A stretch of 63,627 nt of DNA, counting the filler, from Octopus bimaculoides (taxonomy: Eukaryota), in NCBI RefSeq assembly GCF_001194135.2. It is 6 parts of 6 records of this genome, joined end to end, with 100 filler letters (N's around TTAATTAATTAA, not from the genome) between each part and the next. Parts side by side here need not be neighbours in the genome. Positions count along the whole stretch, not along the records: positions 1 to 11,059 come from NC_068988.1; positions 11,160 to 28,561 come from NC_068986.1; 4 more parts are not named here. The stretch is one strand, 5' to 3'. How positions within the stretch are numbered: position 1 is the stretch's first letter; each line of letters opens with the position of its first letter. Below the pieces are notes generated by a model. That model had not been told where the DNA came from and did not search any database. It was given only the letters and a program-made list of their open reading frames with translations. Position numbers and translations under genes: made by a program. This document shows, piece by piece, positions 10,611-24,199 of the stretch.

Positions 10611-10698
10611 ACCCTTAAAGTGTATCGGCCGCTAGTATGGAAGGCAGATGTTAAATGACGATGTTGATGAGAAATATATATATATACATATATATATA

Positions 10699-11059
10699 TC
10701 ATCATCATCATCGTTTAACGTCCGCTTTCCATGCTAGCATGGGTTGGACGATTTGACTGAGGACTGGTGAAACCGGATGGCAACACCAGGCTCCAATCTA
10801 ATTTGGCAGAGTTTCTACAGCTGGATGCCCTTCCTAACGCCAACCACTCAGAGAGTGTAGTGGGTGCTTTTACGTGTCACCTGCACGAAAACGGCCATGC
10901 TCGAAATGGTGTCTTTTATGTGCCACCCGCACAAGAGCCAGTCCAGGGGCACTGGCAACGATCTCGCTCGAAAACCCTACAAGGCCAGTCAGGCGGTACT
11001 GGCAACGGTCACGCTCAGGATGGTACATCTTATGTGCCACCCGCACAAGAGCCAGTCCA
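10699..11059 (-). mobile_element. Retroposon family C with internal tandem repeats, running into a gap
   Basis: Very similar to 5236-5640; the units are rearranged. Confidence 0.8.
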
Positions 11060-11180
11060 NNNNNNNNNNNNNNNNNNNNNNNNNNNNNNNNNNNNNNNNN
11101 NNNTTAATTAATTAANNNNNNNNNNNNNNNNNNNNNNNNNNNNNNNNNNNNNNNNNNNNATATATATATATATATATATA

Positions 11181-12009
11181 AGCAGGTAATAATTTTAGCT
11201 TGTCCTTAATCTTAGTGCAAGTTTTGAAGAGTGCAGCTCAGTTTTAACAGTTATTTTTTTAAAAGCTATAGTGAAAGTAATAAAGGTGCATATACGGCAT
11301 ACTTTGCTTTATGATTTCAATAAAGGCAACAGCACAACGGAAAGTGCGAAGAATATTATTGCAGTATATGGGGATCGGACAATAAGTGTAAGCCAGTGTA
11401 AACGGTGGTTCCAGAAATTCCGAGCCGCCGAAAACTTCAGCCTAGAAGATGTGTCTCGTCTTGGAAGACATGTAGAGATGGAGGAGACGTCCTACAAAAC
11501 CTGGTGGAGCAAAATCCCATCTTAACTGTTGAGGAACTAGCAGAGAAGCTTGGATTTGGTCATTCAGTCATTCATCGGCACCTGTGTGCCATCGGAAAAC
11601 GACCATCATAGGTTTCAAGACGAAAGGTGTTCTTCCATGAGGAAAAGTTTCGGAAACATAAAGGGAGGATGACATTCCAAAGGACGGAGCAGTTTGAATC
11701 GGAAACTATAACCCAGCCATCATATTCGCTGGACATTGCTCCATCTGATTATCATTTATTACGCAATCTTGAAAATCATTTGGATGGATAAAATATGAAT
11801 TCTGTAGACGAGGTCAGAACAGTACTGGGAGGAGTATTTTTCGTCATGGAAAGTGAAGTTTGGAAGAGAGGCCTTGCAAGTCTACCAGATAGATAGAAGA
11901 GTATTGTAGAAAATGAAGGAGAGTATATTTTAGATTAAAAAAGAAGTTTGCTTACCTTAATTTTCAAAAATAAAATAAGTATAGAGAAACCGCATTATTT
12001 ATGTGATGA

Positions 12010-12012
<3 letters not shown>
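11181..12012 (+). mobile_element. Mariner element, internally deleted, with a decayed transposase
   Basis: HTH region IRHTLLYDFNKG..KRWFQKFR..SLED..GR and NPILTVEELAEKLG; C-terminal SYSLDIAPSDYHL (YSPDLAPxD motif). The WVPHEL and first-D region is missing. Ends in a TIR-like sequence at a TA tract. Confidence 0.85.
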
Positions 12013-12046
<34 letters not shown>

Positions 12047-12047
<1 letters not shown>

Positions 12048-12985
12048 GAGGCTGAGTAAAAATTAAGCAACGTTTTGAAACATGAAATTCATCACAGTAT
12101 ATTTCAACAATGCGGAAATTTTATTCGTCACAGTATCATTACAATCGACACATTTTTGCCAACGAGTTACATGTTTGTTTATTCCTGTAACATAAAAATC
12201 TGGAGTTCTGGAGCTGATGAAGTCATTGAAGACACTTTCAGCATCGGTTTGATTTTTAAACTCCTTCTCTCGCAAGAAACCATCAAGGTGCTTGAAAAAG
12301 TGGTAGTCGGTAGGAGAAAGGTCTCGGGAATAAGCTGTGTGGGGAAGAACTTCGTAGCGAAGCTCACTCAACTTCTGGAGCGTCATCAGTGAAACGTGTG
12401 AGTCGAGCATTTTCATGAAGAATAATTGGCCCTCTTCTGTTGACCAGTCTGGGACGGAAGTGTTGTAGTATTTCGTTCATTTTGACAATTTCATGGCAAT
12501 ATGTTTCTGCAGTAATGGTTATAGCGGATGAATCCAGCAGTACACCACCGAAGAGTCGCCATAACCTTCTTTTTGAAGAGCTTGTGTTTAGGGAAGGTTT
12601 TCGGTGCTTCATTTATGTCCAACCACTGTGAAGAACGTTTTTTATTATTGTACAGAATCCATTTTTTATCGTGAGTTACAATACGGTCGGGTAATGGGTC
12701 GGTCTGATTACGGAGAAGAAGCGACATGCATATTTTATATCTGCACATTTTCCGTTTTCTTTCAAATCATGTGTTACCCGTTTGTCGAGCTTTTTGATTT
12801 TCCGATCACATGCAAATTGTTTCAGGCAGCTTTCTGGCTAACTTGAAGATTTTTTTGCCAATTCTCGGGTGGTTTTACGTTGATTTTTCTCAATGACGAT
12901 CTATAATTGACCGTCATCGATGATAGATCGGCGTCCACTACACTCACGATCCTCAAGGATCAGGTCTCCACTGCGAAATCTTCTT
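12047..12985 (-). mobile_element. Mariner element (second family), frameshifted transposase, 5' truncated
   Basis: DRIVTHDKKWILYNN, GPIILHENAR and LPHTAYSRDLSPTDYHFFKHL motifs in three frames (ORF track 12063-12748). TIR-like TGAGGCTGAGTAAAAATT next to (TA)n. Confidence 0.9.
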
Positions 12986-13159
12986 GATTTTTAACTTTAA
13001 GAAAGCTACGCATTATGTGGAAAAGATGTAATCGGTTAAACTGGTTCCAGTGCTTGCCGGGCATTTTGTTATGTTGGCCCCTTAGTGGGTGAAAGAGTAA
13101 ACTGAAAATTGAAGGTAATTGAACTTAAAAGAATTCGTATATTTTGTGCAACACCCTAT

Positions 13160-13320
13160 CAGTGATGTTAATTCTATGAAGTGGAACTGAAATATCTAAG
13201 GTCACTGATGCAAGACAATTCACAGAATGCTACATTTTAAGGTGATCATGACGGGAATAATACAAAGCAAAAAGAGAAGCATGCAACAAAGGAGATACTA
13301 TTGTGAGGCGGAACTTCCCA
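13160..13320 (+). mobile_element. Ancient LINE RT fragment (RTE-like)
   Basis: AAGAGAAGCATGCAACAAAGGAGATACTATT reads as KRSMQQ/GDTI, resembling the RGVRQGDxISP motif. Confidence 0.3.
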
Positions 13321-13535
13321 AAATTAGAACATTCTGATACATAAGGAACCCACAAGAGTATGTGAAAAATATTAGTAAGAAATATTCAAGCCCCCAATGG
13401 CAGATGTGACTGGAAACAATTTGACAATGTATTTAATTTGTAGTGAATTTAAGTTTATTGAAAACAACCTGAAGATTTTCTTTTCATGGAGTGTTAAAAC
13501 AGATTATTGGAATGTAATCCATATTGTATACCTCT

Positions 13536-13905
13536 TGGCCCAGTGGTTAGGGCAGCGGACTCGCGGTCATAAGATCGCGGTTTGGATTCCCAGACCTGGC
13601 TTTGTGAGTGCTTATTGACCGAAAACACCTAAAGCTCCACGAGGCTCCGGCAGGGGATGGTGGCGAACCCTTCTGTACCCTTTCATTACAACTTTCTCTC
13701 ACTCTTATTTCCTGTTTCTGTTGTGTCTGTAATTCAAAGGGTCAGCCTTGTCATACTGTGTCACGCTGAATATCCCCGAGAACTACGTTAAGGGTACACG
13801 TGTCTGTGGAGTGCTCAGCCACTTGCACGTTAATTTCACGAGCAGGCTGTTACGTTGATCGGATCAACTGGAACCCTCGAAGTCGTAAGTGACGGAGTGC
13901 CAACA
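13536..13905 (+). mobile_element. tRNA-derived SINE family B
   Basis: A box TGGCCCAGTGG, B box GGTTTGGATTCC, and a conserved body and tail shared with other copies in the window. Confidence 0.9.
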
Positions 13906-14319
13906 CCGCTTAAGAATTGTAACGATAACAAAATATTATGATAATAAAGAAACATTTAGTTGTCACAGAGAGCATCTGCTTTTAAAATATTCGAGCAGAG
14001 CATACTATGGTACCTATTTATATATCAAAGGACTGGGTTAGCGGGGTTAAATATATTGGTTTCAGGTGGAACGTAACGCTGCTAATATAATAAGAAACAT
14101 CGACCCGTTAAAGTAATGACACATTCGTGACTTGATAAGCTGCTGTTTTCAATTCTCTTTAAAATTATTGTTGCTATTGTGTCCTTTTGTGCTAAGAAGC
14201 ATAATGACAATTCTGTTCTTTCTTTTTCTTCTTTATATATATAGTTTTACTTTTCTTCTATGTATCATTTTTCTATTTCTTCTCCCTATCATCTTTGTCG
14301 TTAACATCTTCGATTGCCC

Positions 14320-14385
14320 TGCTATCATCACCATCATCATCATTGCAGCAGTCATTATCGTCGTCTTCGGCATCATCATTATCAC

Positions 14386-14426
<41 letters not shown>

Positions 14427-14430
14427 ACAT
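14320..14430. repeat. (ATC)n microsatellite
   Basis: Read directly; the source of the poly-I/M/S ORFs. Confidence 0.9.
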
Positions 14431-15554
14431 CTTTGTATTCGTCATCGTCTTCGTCTCCGATAATGTCTTTGTTATCGTCCTCGCGGTTTTTATCTCTTAC
14501 CGCCGTCTATCATTTAACAACGGATATCTTTGCGACACGACGGCAACGGTCGTCTGCTTTAATCAATTCAGTTGAGCGAAAGAAACCAGGAACTAAACAC
14601 ACCATACATTACAATAGTCCTTTCCTGTAATTCACCAATAGTTTACGCTTCAGAATTGCCAGAACGATAAACAAATAAATGAATAATATATTGAACATGC
14701 GGGAAGGGAACATGAACTTCCTTGCTAAGATTTATATTTTGATTCGTTGCAAGACCTCGAAGATTATCTTCAATGTTCCGGTAATTATCGATGATAATAC
14801 AGCGATACCATTCATGACCGTATCTCTAGTGACTCTGCCGTCGATTAATCTGGTTCATTCCCTTTCTTTTTTTCATAATTCTTCACTTACCGCTTCTTCA
14901 TCTACACCACAAACATTGTGCAGTCAAGACCTCTGTATTTCCATTTCTTCCTTGAACACCACCACCACCAACGCAATCTCCATCAACACTAACATCACCA
15001 CTGCCACTACCACATCCAGTACCATCACCACCATCACCATCACCACCAACACCAACAATATCACAATACATTTTTTATACTTTGTTTTAATTCGCCACCT
15101 TCTCTTTCATTTCTTTAGACCTTTACCCCTGCAAGAATTCGGCTCCACCCATCTTTGTGGATTGCTAATATCTTTCGTTACCTGTTCTTCGCAATTATAT
15201 CATTGTTATGTTTTTGTTTTTATTTTATTTCGCTCCCTCTCGTATGAGATTGAAATAATATACATCTCGAATGCGATATATTTTCATTTCCTGAAATATA
15301 TCTATATTTGTATCTTTATCGATAATGTCTGTGTGTGTATGTGTGTGTGAGAGAGCGAAAACGTTTTTTTATTATTTATTACAGCTGCAAAAAACATCAA
15401 AAACATCAAAAACCTCAGATTCTATGAAGTTTTTGCAGCTTTTAGAAAAAGGCATATTATTCTATCTTCGTTATTCTAGTACTATTTTTTCTTCATTTAT
15501 TTGCTTACTCGTCTACATACATACATACATACATATATATATATATATATGGGG

Positions 15555-15938
15555 GAGGTGCAATGGCCCAGTGGTTAGGGCAGCGGTTTCGCGGTCATAG
15601 GTTCGCGGTTTCGACTCCCAGACCGGGCGTTGTGAATGTTTATTGAGCGAATACACTTAAAGCTCCACGAGACTCCGGCAGGGGATGGTGGCGAACCCTG
15701 CTGTACTCTTCCACCACAACTATCTCTCACTCTTACTTCCTGTTTCTGTTGTGCCTGTAATTGAAAGGGTCATCAGCCTTGTCACACTGTGTCACGCTGA
15801 ATATCCCCGAGAAATACGTTAAGGGTACACGTGTCTGTGGAGTGCTCAGCCACTTGCACGTTAATTTCATGAGCAGGCTGTTCCGTTGATCGGATCAACC
15901 GGAACCCTCGACGTTGTAAGTGGCGGAGTGCCAACAAC
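15555..15938 (+). mobile_element. SINE family B, full length
   Basis: GGTGCAATGGCCCAGTGGTTAGGG..GGTTTCGACTCC..GGAGTGCCAACAACA; TA tracts on both sides. Confidence 0.9.
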
Positions 15939-15944
15939 ATCAAC

Positions 15945-15983
<39 letters not shown>

Positions 15984-16561
15984 AACATGTGTTCCGTATG
16001 TGTTTGTTACACAGAAACGCACACACACATTTATATATGCCACTGGACTAAGGATGACGCCATCGTTCCGTAGGAGGAATGCATTTCTGCATCGCTACGG
16101 TTCATCAGCTACGAATATCGAGCCCTCGTTCATAATAAGAACTTGTTCAAATATTACAACAGCAAATGATACGTTTGCTCATTTGCTCACGAATATGTCA
16201 AAGTGGAACTGAAAAATTAGAATTGCACTTGGCAGCGTTGAATGAAATATAGGTGAAGCAATCATATTCTGACATACCTGTCGACACTCGGACAGCGAAA
16301 GACAATAATCTGAAGAAAGGGATTAAAAGCATCCCCTTATTGGTAATATGTGTGATAGACACGGCTGGGCCATGAATGATGTTATCGAACCGGAGGCACT
16401 TCTATTTCTTTATGCTTCATCAGCTAAGAAAAAAATAGCTTCAGTTCATTCTAAGTTTCATAGGTGAAAAGCATGTCCACATCAAAGATGTTCAAGGACA
16501 GAATATAAGATTAGGCGGACGTGTTCTAGACTCACGGAACATCAAATGGTTATTAAGCGTC

Positions 16562-16591
<30 letters not shown>

Positions 16592-16592
<1 letters not shown>

Positions 16593-16970
16593 GAGGTGCA
16601 ATGGCCCAGCGGTTAGGGCGGCGGACTTGTGGTCGTAGGATCGCGGTTTCGATTCCCATACCGGGCGTTGTGAATGTTTATTGAGCGAAAACAGTTAAAG
16701 CTCCACGAGGCTCCGGCAGCGGGTGGTGGCGAACCCTGCTGTACTCTTCCACCACAACTTTCTCTCACTCTTTCTTCCTGTTTCTGTTTGTGCCTGTATT
16801 TCAAAGGGCCAGTCTTGTCACACTCTGTGTCCCGCTGAATCTCCCCTGAAAACTACGTTACGGGTACACGTGTCTGTGGAGTGCTCAGCCACTTGCACGT
16901 TAATTTCACGAGCAGGCTGTTCCGTTGATCGGATCAACTGGAACCCTCGTCGTCGTACCGACGGAGTGCC
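16592..16970 (+). mobile_element. SINE family B, full length
   Basis: As above; flanked by TA/TG microsatellites. Confidence 0.9.
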
Positions 16971-17014
16971 ATATATATCTGTGTGTGTATGTGCATTTAT
17001 ATGTATGTATATAT

Positions 17015-17057
<43 letters not shown>

Positions 17058-17699
17058 GTATGCGTAAAATAGAACTAAAATGTAATTAAGGCATTTAAAT
17101 ATCCTAAAAACTCAGAAGAAATACGCAAATGTGTACTTCATATATATATATGTATATATATATCTTAGTTTCAAATGTTGATAAATAGTCAGCAATATGG
17201 GGGTGAGGATGGAGAAAGAAGATAACCTCGGCAGCATTTGAATTTGAACTCAGAGCAGTCTGCCCGGCCTGCCAACGGTTGCTCTAGCTAACCCCCTCAG
17301 AGACATGTATATATTTTCTAATATGAAACTATACGAATAAAATCTGTAAGCGTCCAAACCAGTCAAATTACAGTAGTGACCTAGCTGGCTCAGTGCAATT
17401 AAAAGCGGACCCTCGGTTTGTCGGTGCTCTGTCAGGGCTCATGTCAATGAGAGTATGGTAATTTTTGCCACTGTTTTCAGAGGTGCAATAAGTAACATTC
17501 ACAATAATTATAATGTTTTTGTATGTTTTAATGTTTCCTCATGTTCAACAGGTTTCTAACATTATTTTCACGTTCCAAAGTAGCAGAAAACTGTTGGATA
17601 TCTCTTTCACACTTGGACCTCCTAAACTTTTTGAACCTATAATGAGGTATAGCTACTGGATTCTCGTGAGCTTTTCCAGAATCTTCAGGACCTGCATGT

Positions 17700-17870
17700 G
17701 TATGTAGTAGGCTCCACCCGGGCAAATACTGTTACATGCATCACATATGTTTGTGATGCATGTGCCTGGTGTACTCTTATCAGACAGGTAGTCATGATGG
17801 GTATGCTATGCTGGACTCGTATATTTTAACCCAGTGTCACTTTGATGGCATCCACTGCTCTATCACTCAA
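17700..17870 (+). mobile_element. Retroposon family F 3' portion with (AAT)n tail
   Basis: CACATATG..GTGATGCATGTGCCTGGTGTA..TATCAGAC.GGTAGTCATGATGGGTAT..CCCAGTGTCACTTTGATGGCAT, shared with 35095-35230 and 49868-50045. Confidence 0.75.
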
Positions 17871-17874
17871 TAAC

Positions 17875-17929
<55 letters not shown>

Positions 17930-17930
17930 C

Positions 17931-17996
<66 letters not shown>

Positions 17997-18003
17997 TTAT
18001 TAC

Positions 18004-18060
<57 letters not shown>

Positions 18061-18073
18061 TATTATTTTTATT
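17870..18073. repeat. (AAT)n directly abutting (TAT)n, a self-complementary compound microsatellite
   Basis: Read directly. Confidence 0.9.
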
Positions 18074-18479
18074 ATCTTCTCTTCCTATCTGTACATACCC
18101 TGTTTGCATATGTATTATTCTTTCCAATTTTCTTTTTTAAATCAGCTCCCTTTATTTCTCCTCGAGCTCCTTCATGTTCTTTATATCTCTCACAATTCAC
18201 TGTCACACCTTATGTTTTTTCCCTTCAACCTGACCCTTTCTACTGTTTCAACTCAATCTTCCTACCCTTATATTCTCGTTTCATTCTTCACCTTTTCCTT
18301 TCATGCGTAAATGTCTTCACCTAGATTAATATGTTCCATAGGCTAATGGTGATGAATTGTCGGAAACGGAAGCAAGGATGTCTAAACAATTCACGCTCTT
18401 TAGTTTCATTGACATGAATTCTGTATACATACCCCGACGGAACCATTCTTTCATTTTTGCTCTTCTTTATAATAACAGT

Positions 18480-18763
18480 GGAGGCGCAATGGCCCAGTGG
18501 TTAGGGCAGCGGACTCGCGGTCATAGGATCGCGGTTTCGATTCCCAGACCGGGCTTTGTGAGTGTTTATTGAGCGAAAACACCTAAAGCTCCACGAGGCT
18601 CCGGCAGGCGAATGGTGGTGAACCCTGCTGTACTCTTTCACCACAACTTTCTCTCACTCTTACTTCCTGTTTCTGTTGTGCCTGTAATTCAAAGGGGCCA
18701 GCCTTGTCACACTGTGTCACGCTGAATATCCCCGAGAACTACGTTAAGGGTACACGTGTCTGT
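18480..18763 (+). mobile_element. SINE family B, 3' truncated
   Basis: Head and body match; homology stops after GGGTACACGTGTCTGT. Confidence 0.9.
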
Positions 18764-20594
18764 AAAATATATAATAACCTATCAAAGTGAAGGTTTTAGC
18801 TTTGATCCTACGGCACCTATAAATGTTACCACGACAGGATCTCTGACTGGCAGATTCCAGATTTTGTGAATAAGGGAAAGTTTCAACAAGAATGAAGATA
18901 GTTAATACAACATGAGATCATGAATTTTTAAGTAGAGAATTTACGAAATATTAATGCTACCTCCTTTAATTTCTTCAATTCCCTGCATTTTTACTGTTAA
19001 TTGATTTCCATGCGGTGAGCTAACAGAATCGTCACCGCAATGGACAAATGCTTAACGACGTTCCAAGTAGCCGCGCATAGGGGACAAACTGAAGTGCAGA
19101 TAGTTGTAAAGCGAACTTATTATCTACCCTTACGAACTTTCGAAATTGTGATATCTTGTCTAGAGCTTGAATTAAAGTTGGTTTCAACAATAAACATCAG
19201 CGTGGAATCCGAGAGACAACAAATGTGTCTGTAATAATAACGAATAAACAAGTTAGAACGGTGAAGTTGATATATTTGATTTCAAACTAGAGATCGAGCA
19301 ATCAGAAAGCAGTGACTTATTTAGTTCATTTCGTAAATTCAACGTAGTAAATAATAATCAACGGTGATACTCCAAACATTACCGAAGACTACGCAAAAGA
19401 GTAACAATTAAATGGTAATAACAACACAAATAACTATTAATCATTGAACCAAAGGAAGAAGCCTCTCGATTGTCCGTTCTCTTACTAAATATGACAACAA
19501 ATATACTTTTTATAGTACCTTAACATAAGGCGGCGACCTGTCAGAATCGCTTCCACGTCGGACTAAATGCTTAGTGGTATTTCTTCTAAGAGTATTGCTT
19601 ATGGCCACTTTAACTGACTCTCCTCTAGGAGTCTACGACACTGACATTTAACTCCTGGAAGAAACCTCCTCTAGCTGCTTTAGTCAGTGTGCTTCTTGCA
19701 CCTGATATTTATTGCAACCGGGAGATAACTCCTGACACCAGACCTCGTCGTTTCGATCTGTATTGGATCTCCTCGGTGGTGGGTACTCGTTGCCAGGCAT
19801 GGCAGCAGTTTAACTCGCTTTGCAATATAACACAGTGTCATAAATCACTGATTTTGCAACTAAAAATTTCGTCCGCTTTTTACTTCCTTAATTTAAATTC
19901 TGCCAAGATCAACATTTCTTTTCATCCTTACGGAATCGAAAAAAATAATTACTAATTGAGCACTAGTGACAATGGTTTTCAGCGTATATCCTTCCTATAA
20001 TTGTTGTCCTTGTGCCAAAGTTTGAAATTATCATACCCTATTGTCTAATAATAAAAAGGGTCATTCTGGATAATATAGTTCTAATTGCACTCAGTGTTAT
20101 TTCAAGACAAGGTAACATTGGGAAGTTATTTGATGAAGTCTCATGGTTCTAAGAACTCTTATTAAGATACGTGTGTTGTGGTAATATACAATAGGGCCTC
20201 AGTGCTTTGCTTTACTCGGGAGCCTATAATGATATTAAGATGGTCTTTGTTACATTATTAAGGATGTATTTTGCAGCATATATTATAGGGCATCATTCTA
20301 ATGTATAGGTATATTATTACATTTTAGGCATACAATCGTCATGTATGACAGGAAGGTCATGAATGGAATCAGTTAGAAGATAGATCTCAATTGACCTAGG
20401 GCTAAACAACCACCCTAACAATGACAGCACTAGTACTATTAGCAATAACAATAAGAGAACGGTGATGACGACGCTCACATGTACCGTGGCTGCCACCTCC
20501 ACAACCACCACCACCACCACCCATACTTTGGACAATTCTAAAATAAAATACCACTACGAACAACATCAGTAACAATAACAACAATACCCTTATC

Positions 20595-20665
<71 letters not shown>

Positions 20666-20669
<4 letters not shown>

Positions 20670-20770
20670 CCTTTCTACTCTAGACACAAGGCCTGAAGCT
20701 TTGTGGGAGAATGCTAGACGATTACATCGTTCCCGGTGTTCTACTGGTACTAAGTTCATCGACCCCTGAG
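20666..20770 (-). mobile_element. SINE family A1, 3' end with a long (AAT)n tail at 20590-20668
   Basis: AATCCTTTCTACTCTAGACACAAGGCCTGAA..CTGGTACTAAGTTCATCGACCCC. Confidence 0.75.
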
Positions 20771-21436
20771 NNNNNNNNNNNNNNNNNNNNNNNNNNNNNN
20801 NNNNNNNNNNNNNNNNNNNNNNNNNNNNNNNNNNNNNNNNNNNNNNNNNNNNNNNNNNNNNNNNNNNNNNNNNNNNNNNNNNNNNNNNNNNNNNNNNNNN
20901 NNNNNNNNNNNNNNNNNNNNNNNNNNNNNNNNNNNNNNNNNNNNNNNNNNNNNNNNNNNNNNNNNNNNNNNNNNNNNNNNNNNNNNNNNNNNNNNNNNNN
21001 NNNNNNNNNNNNNNNNNNNNNNNNNNNNNNNNNNNNNNNNNNNNNNNNNNNNNNNNNNNNNNNNNNNNNNNNNNNNNNNNNNNNNNNNNNNNNNNNNNNN
21101 NNNNNNNNNNNNNNNNNNNNNNNNNNNNNNNNNNNNNNNNNNNNNNNNNNNNNNNNNNNNNNNNNNNNNNNNNNNNNNNNNNNNNNNNNNNNNNNNNNNN
21201 NNNNNNNNNNNNNNNNNNNNNNNNNNNNNNNNNNNNNNNNNNNNNNNNNNNNNNNNNNNNNNNNNNNNNNNNNNNNNNNNNNNNNNNNNNNNNNNNNNNN
21301 NNNNNNNNNNNNNNNNNNNNNNNNNNNNNNNNNNNNNNNNNNNNNNNNNNNNNNNNNNNNNNNNNNNNNNNNNNNNNNNNNNNNNNNNNNNNNNNNNNNN
21401 NNNNNNNNNNNNNNNNNNNNNNNNNNNNNNNNNNNN

Positions 21437-21680
21437 ACTATCACCACAGCCACCACCAACATCCCCACCAAATGCAACCACCACCACCACCACCACCACC
21501 ACCACCACCACTACCACTACCGCCGCCGCTGCTGCCACCACCGTCACAACCATCACCACAATCAGAAGCAACAATAGGAGCGTTAACACCAACATTGCCA
21601 CCACTAAAAACAGCAACATTAATACTTCCACCATCTCCACCAACACCAACGTCAACAACAAGAACAACGCTGCTATCGGC
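21437..21680. repeat. (CCA)n/(CAA)n low-complexity tract
   Basis: Read directly; the source of the poly-P/H/V ORFs. Confidence 0.85.
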
Positions 21681-21934
21681 ACCACCAAATCCAGCAATAA
21701 AGAATTCGACTTCTTTTTTGTTAAAACTTGACAGTTTATATTTGAATATTTTGATGTTAATTTTCCAACAGTAAATAAGATGTAAAGTGGCAATGCCTTC
21801 TGGGTAATGGCCGCCAATTCTGCCGATTTCTTGCGACTGTACGATGGGTAGATAAGGAGTTCTCTGGAGACATTCTACAATGGCAAGGGAATCGGGGTTT
21901 GTCACTGTGCCTGTTTATCATTATCTTCATCATC

Positions 21935-22152
21935 AGGGTGGCGAGCTGACAGAAACGCTAGCACAGCGGGCGAAATGCTTAGCGGTATCACGTCTGTCTT
22001 TATGTTCTGAGTTCAAATTCCACCGAAGTCGACTTTGCCGTTCATCATTTTAGGGTCGATAAATTAAGTACCAGTTGCGTACTGGAGTCGATCTAATCGA
22101 CTGGTCCCCTCTCCCAGAATTTCGGGCCTTGTGCCAAGTGTAGTAAAGATAA
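21935..22152 (+). mobile_element. SINE family A1, full length
   Basis: GGTGGCGAGCTGACAGAAAC..GAGTTCAAATTCC..GGGTCGATAAATTAAGTACCAG..GGCCTTGTGCC. Confidence 0.85.
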
Positions 22153-22169
22153 TCAGTAAAGATAATCCT

Positions 22170-22207
22170 TATCAACAACGTCGTCATCGTTATTGTCATC
22201 ATCGTCG

Positions 22208-22247
<40 letters not shown>

Positions 22248-22830
22248 AATCATCACCAACAATGTCGTCATCATTATCGTCATTATCATAACCATCGTCG
22301 TCATCACCGTCATCACATCGACGTCGACATCGTCGTCATCGTCGTCATCATCATCTCATCATCTTCCTGATTGTCGTTGTAGGCGTCATCGCGTTCGCCA
22401 GATGTCGCCATCGATGTCACCGCTGTCATTGTCATTATCATCATCATCATCATCATCATCACCATCATCATTACCAGCAGCAATAGCAGCAGCGGCTGCA
22501 GCAGTAGTGGCATTTCAACGTCACCGGTACCATCATCATCATCATCACCATCGTCGTCGTCGTCATCATCAAGAACAACAACAACGGTAACAGCATTACC
22601 ATATATATTTCTCAATTTACCGCTACCGCAATTATTTTGTTGATGTTTCTTTTTTTCCATCTCATATCTTCTATCGTACTTATCTGAAACATCGACGCTG
22701 ACGCCGTCATCATAATCCTCAATTATATCATCATCATCATCTTCATGTTTTTGCTGTTGTTGTCGTAACTGTTGTTGTTGTTGCTGCTACTGTTTTTGTT
22801 GTTGTTGTTGGTAATATAGTTGTTATTGTC
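22170..22830. repeat. (TCA/TCG/TTG)n degenerate trinucleotide field
   Basis: Read directly. Confidence 0.85.
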
Positions 22831-23648
22831 GATTTTGCTTTTCGTCATTATATACATCCTAGGCGTCTACATCGCTTGTAGCCCCTGAGTGAGCGTACAT
22901 GTAATGGACTCGGTCTCAAGTGTCAGTAAGCCGCCTGAGGGAGTGGCAGGGCTAGAAAATCGTCCAATGGTGACGGACAACCCCACGATAGATAGTCGCT
23001 CTGAGAGAAACCTTTTGATGGTGTTCTATCGAAAATTGACTTCGCTAATAACATGTAACATTATTTGGCTTGCCATACGCTAGACTTCCGCTCTATTAAC
23101 TAATATATGCTGTAGAAATACTTGCTGCCCTCAGGTGAGAGTAAGTTGAAAAATCAGTGCTGCAGTGTGTCGCGCTGCGAGATTTTTCCTTTATTACATT
23201 CTTTGCTTGTTTGTTTGGGTTTTCTATGCTAATTAACGTAATATAATGGAGAGGTGAAATGGCAGAGTGGATAGGTCATAGTTTATGGGTTCAAATTCCG
23301 CTGAATGTGTTCTGTTGTCGTGTATTTCTACAAAAAAATTAGAATTATAGGATATGTGTCTCACTTCACCAAAATGTCGGGAATATGTATCGGAACTTCT
23401 TGTCGAAGTGTGCTTGCGATATATAAGCTTCCAATCCTGGGGAATATATATTCACAATCGGTTAATCGGGTGAAATTAAGTGAGATGTGATATGAATGGA
23501 ATTCTCTATCTAATGGAAAGAGAAGATTTTGTAAATAGTATAGTCAGCTGAGTCAATTGACCGTCGAATTATTGATGTTTACGGGTCCAAGATCTTGTTA
23601 AGACGTACATATATTATACCTACACACATACGCATACACATACACAAG

Positions 23649-23680
<32 letters not shown>

Positions 23681-24199
23681 CACACACACATACACACATA
23701 TATATATATATATGTGTGTGTATGTATATATACATACGTACATGCATACGCATACATACCCTTGCATACACATACATACACATATACATGGCTTTATATA
23801 CATACAAACATACATATATATATACATACATGCATAAATATGTGCATACGTATACACATACAAGCAAAAAATCAAAGGCTGACAGACAGATGCTCTTAAG
23901 CCTCAGAGTATAAGCTTAATTTCTCCTAAGTCATTTATTTAAACAATGAGAGCCCACGAAGACTCAATATATACTCCATGCTATAATTTTATGTCCATAA
24001 TAATCATGCCAACGAAAGAATGGGTCTAAAATGAATAACATCATGAGTGGTGGATATATAAATCAACAAGGAACGATCGAAGAGAGATATTTTCGTTACA
24101 GTCCTTTATTATGTTTCTAGATGCTTTGCCATCATCTCCCTTTCTGGACAGGCATGTTGCAGATTTGTGATCAGAGTGGCACAAACATTTTGACACCTG

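Noticed and set aside
10756-10780. CTGAGGA-CTGGT-GAAACCGG in family C
   Set aside because: There is no stem II and no NUH site, and the motif is not conserved in other copies.
11104-11115. TTAATTAATTAA islands inside N-runs (also 28606-28617, 34341-34352, 55994-56005, 61866-61877)
   Set aside because: The identical 12-mer sits in the middle of ~100-base gaps and gives stops in all six frames. It is an assembly spacer, not biology.
22863-23083. Good-looking acceptor at 22862 and a short ORF
   Set aside because: All frames hit a stop within 10 codons of the acceptor, and the ORF has no recognisable homology.
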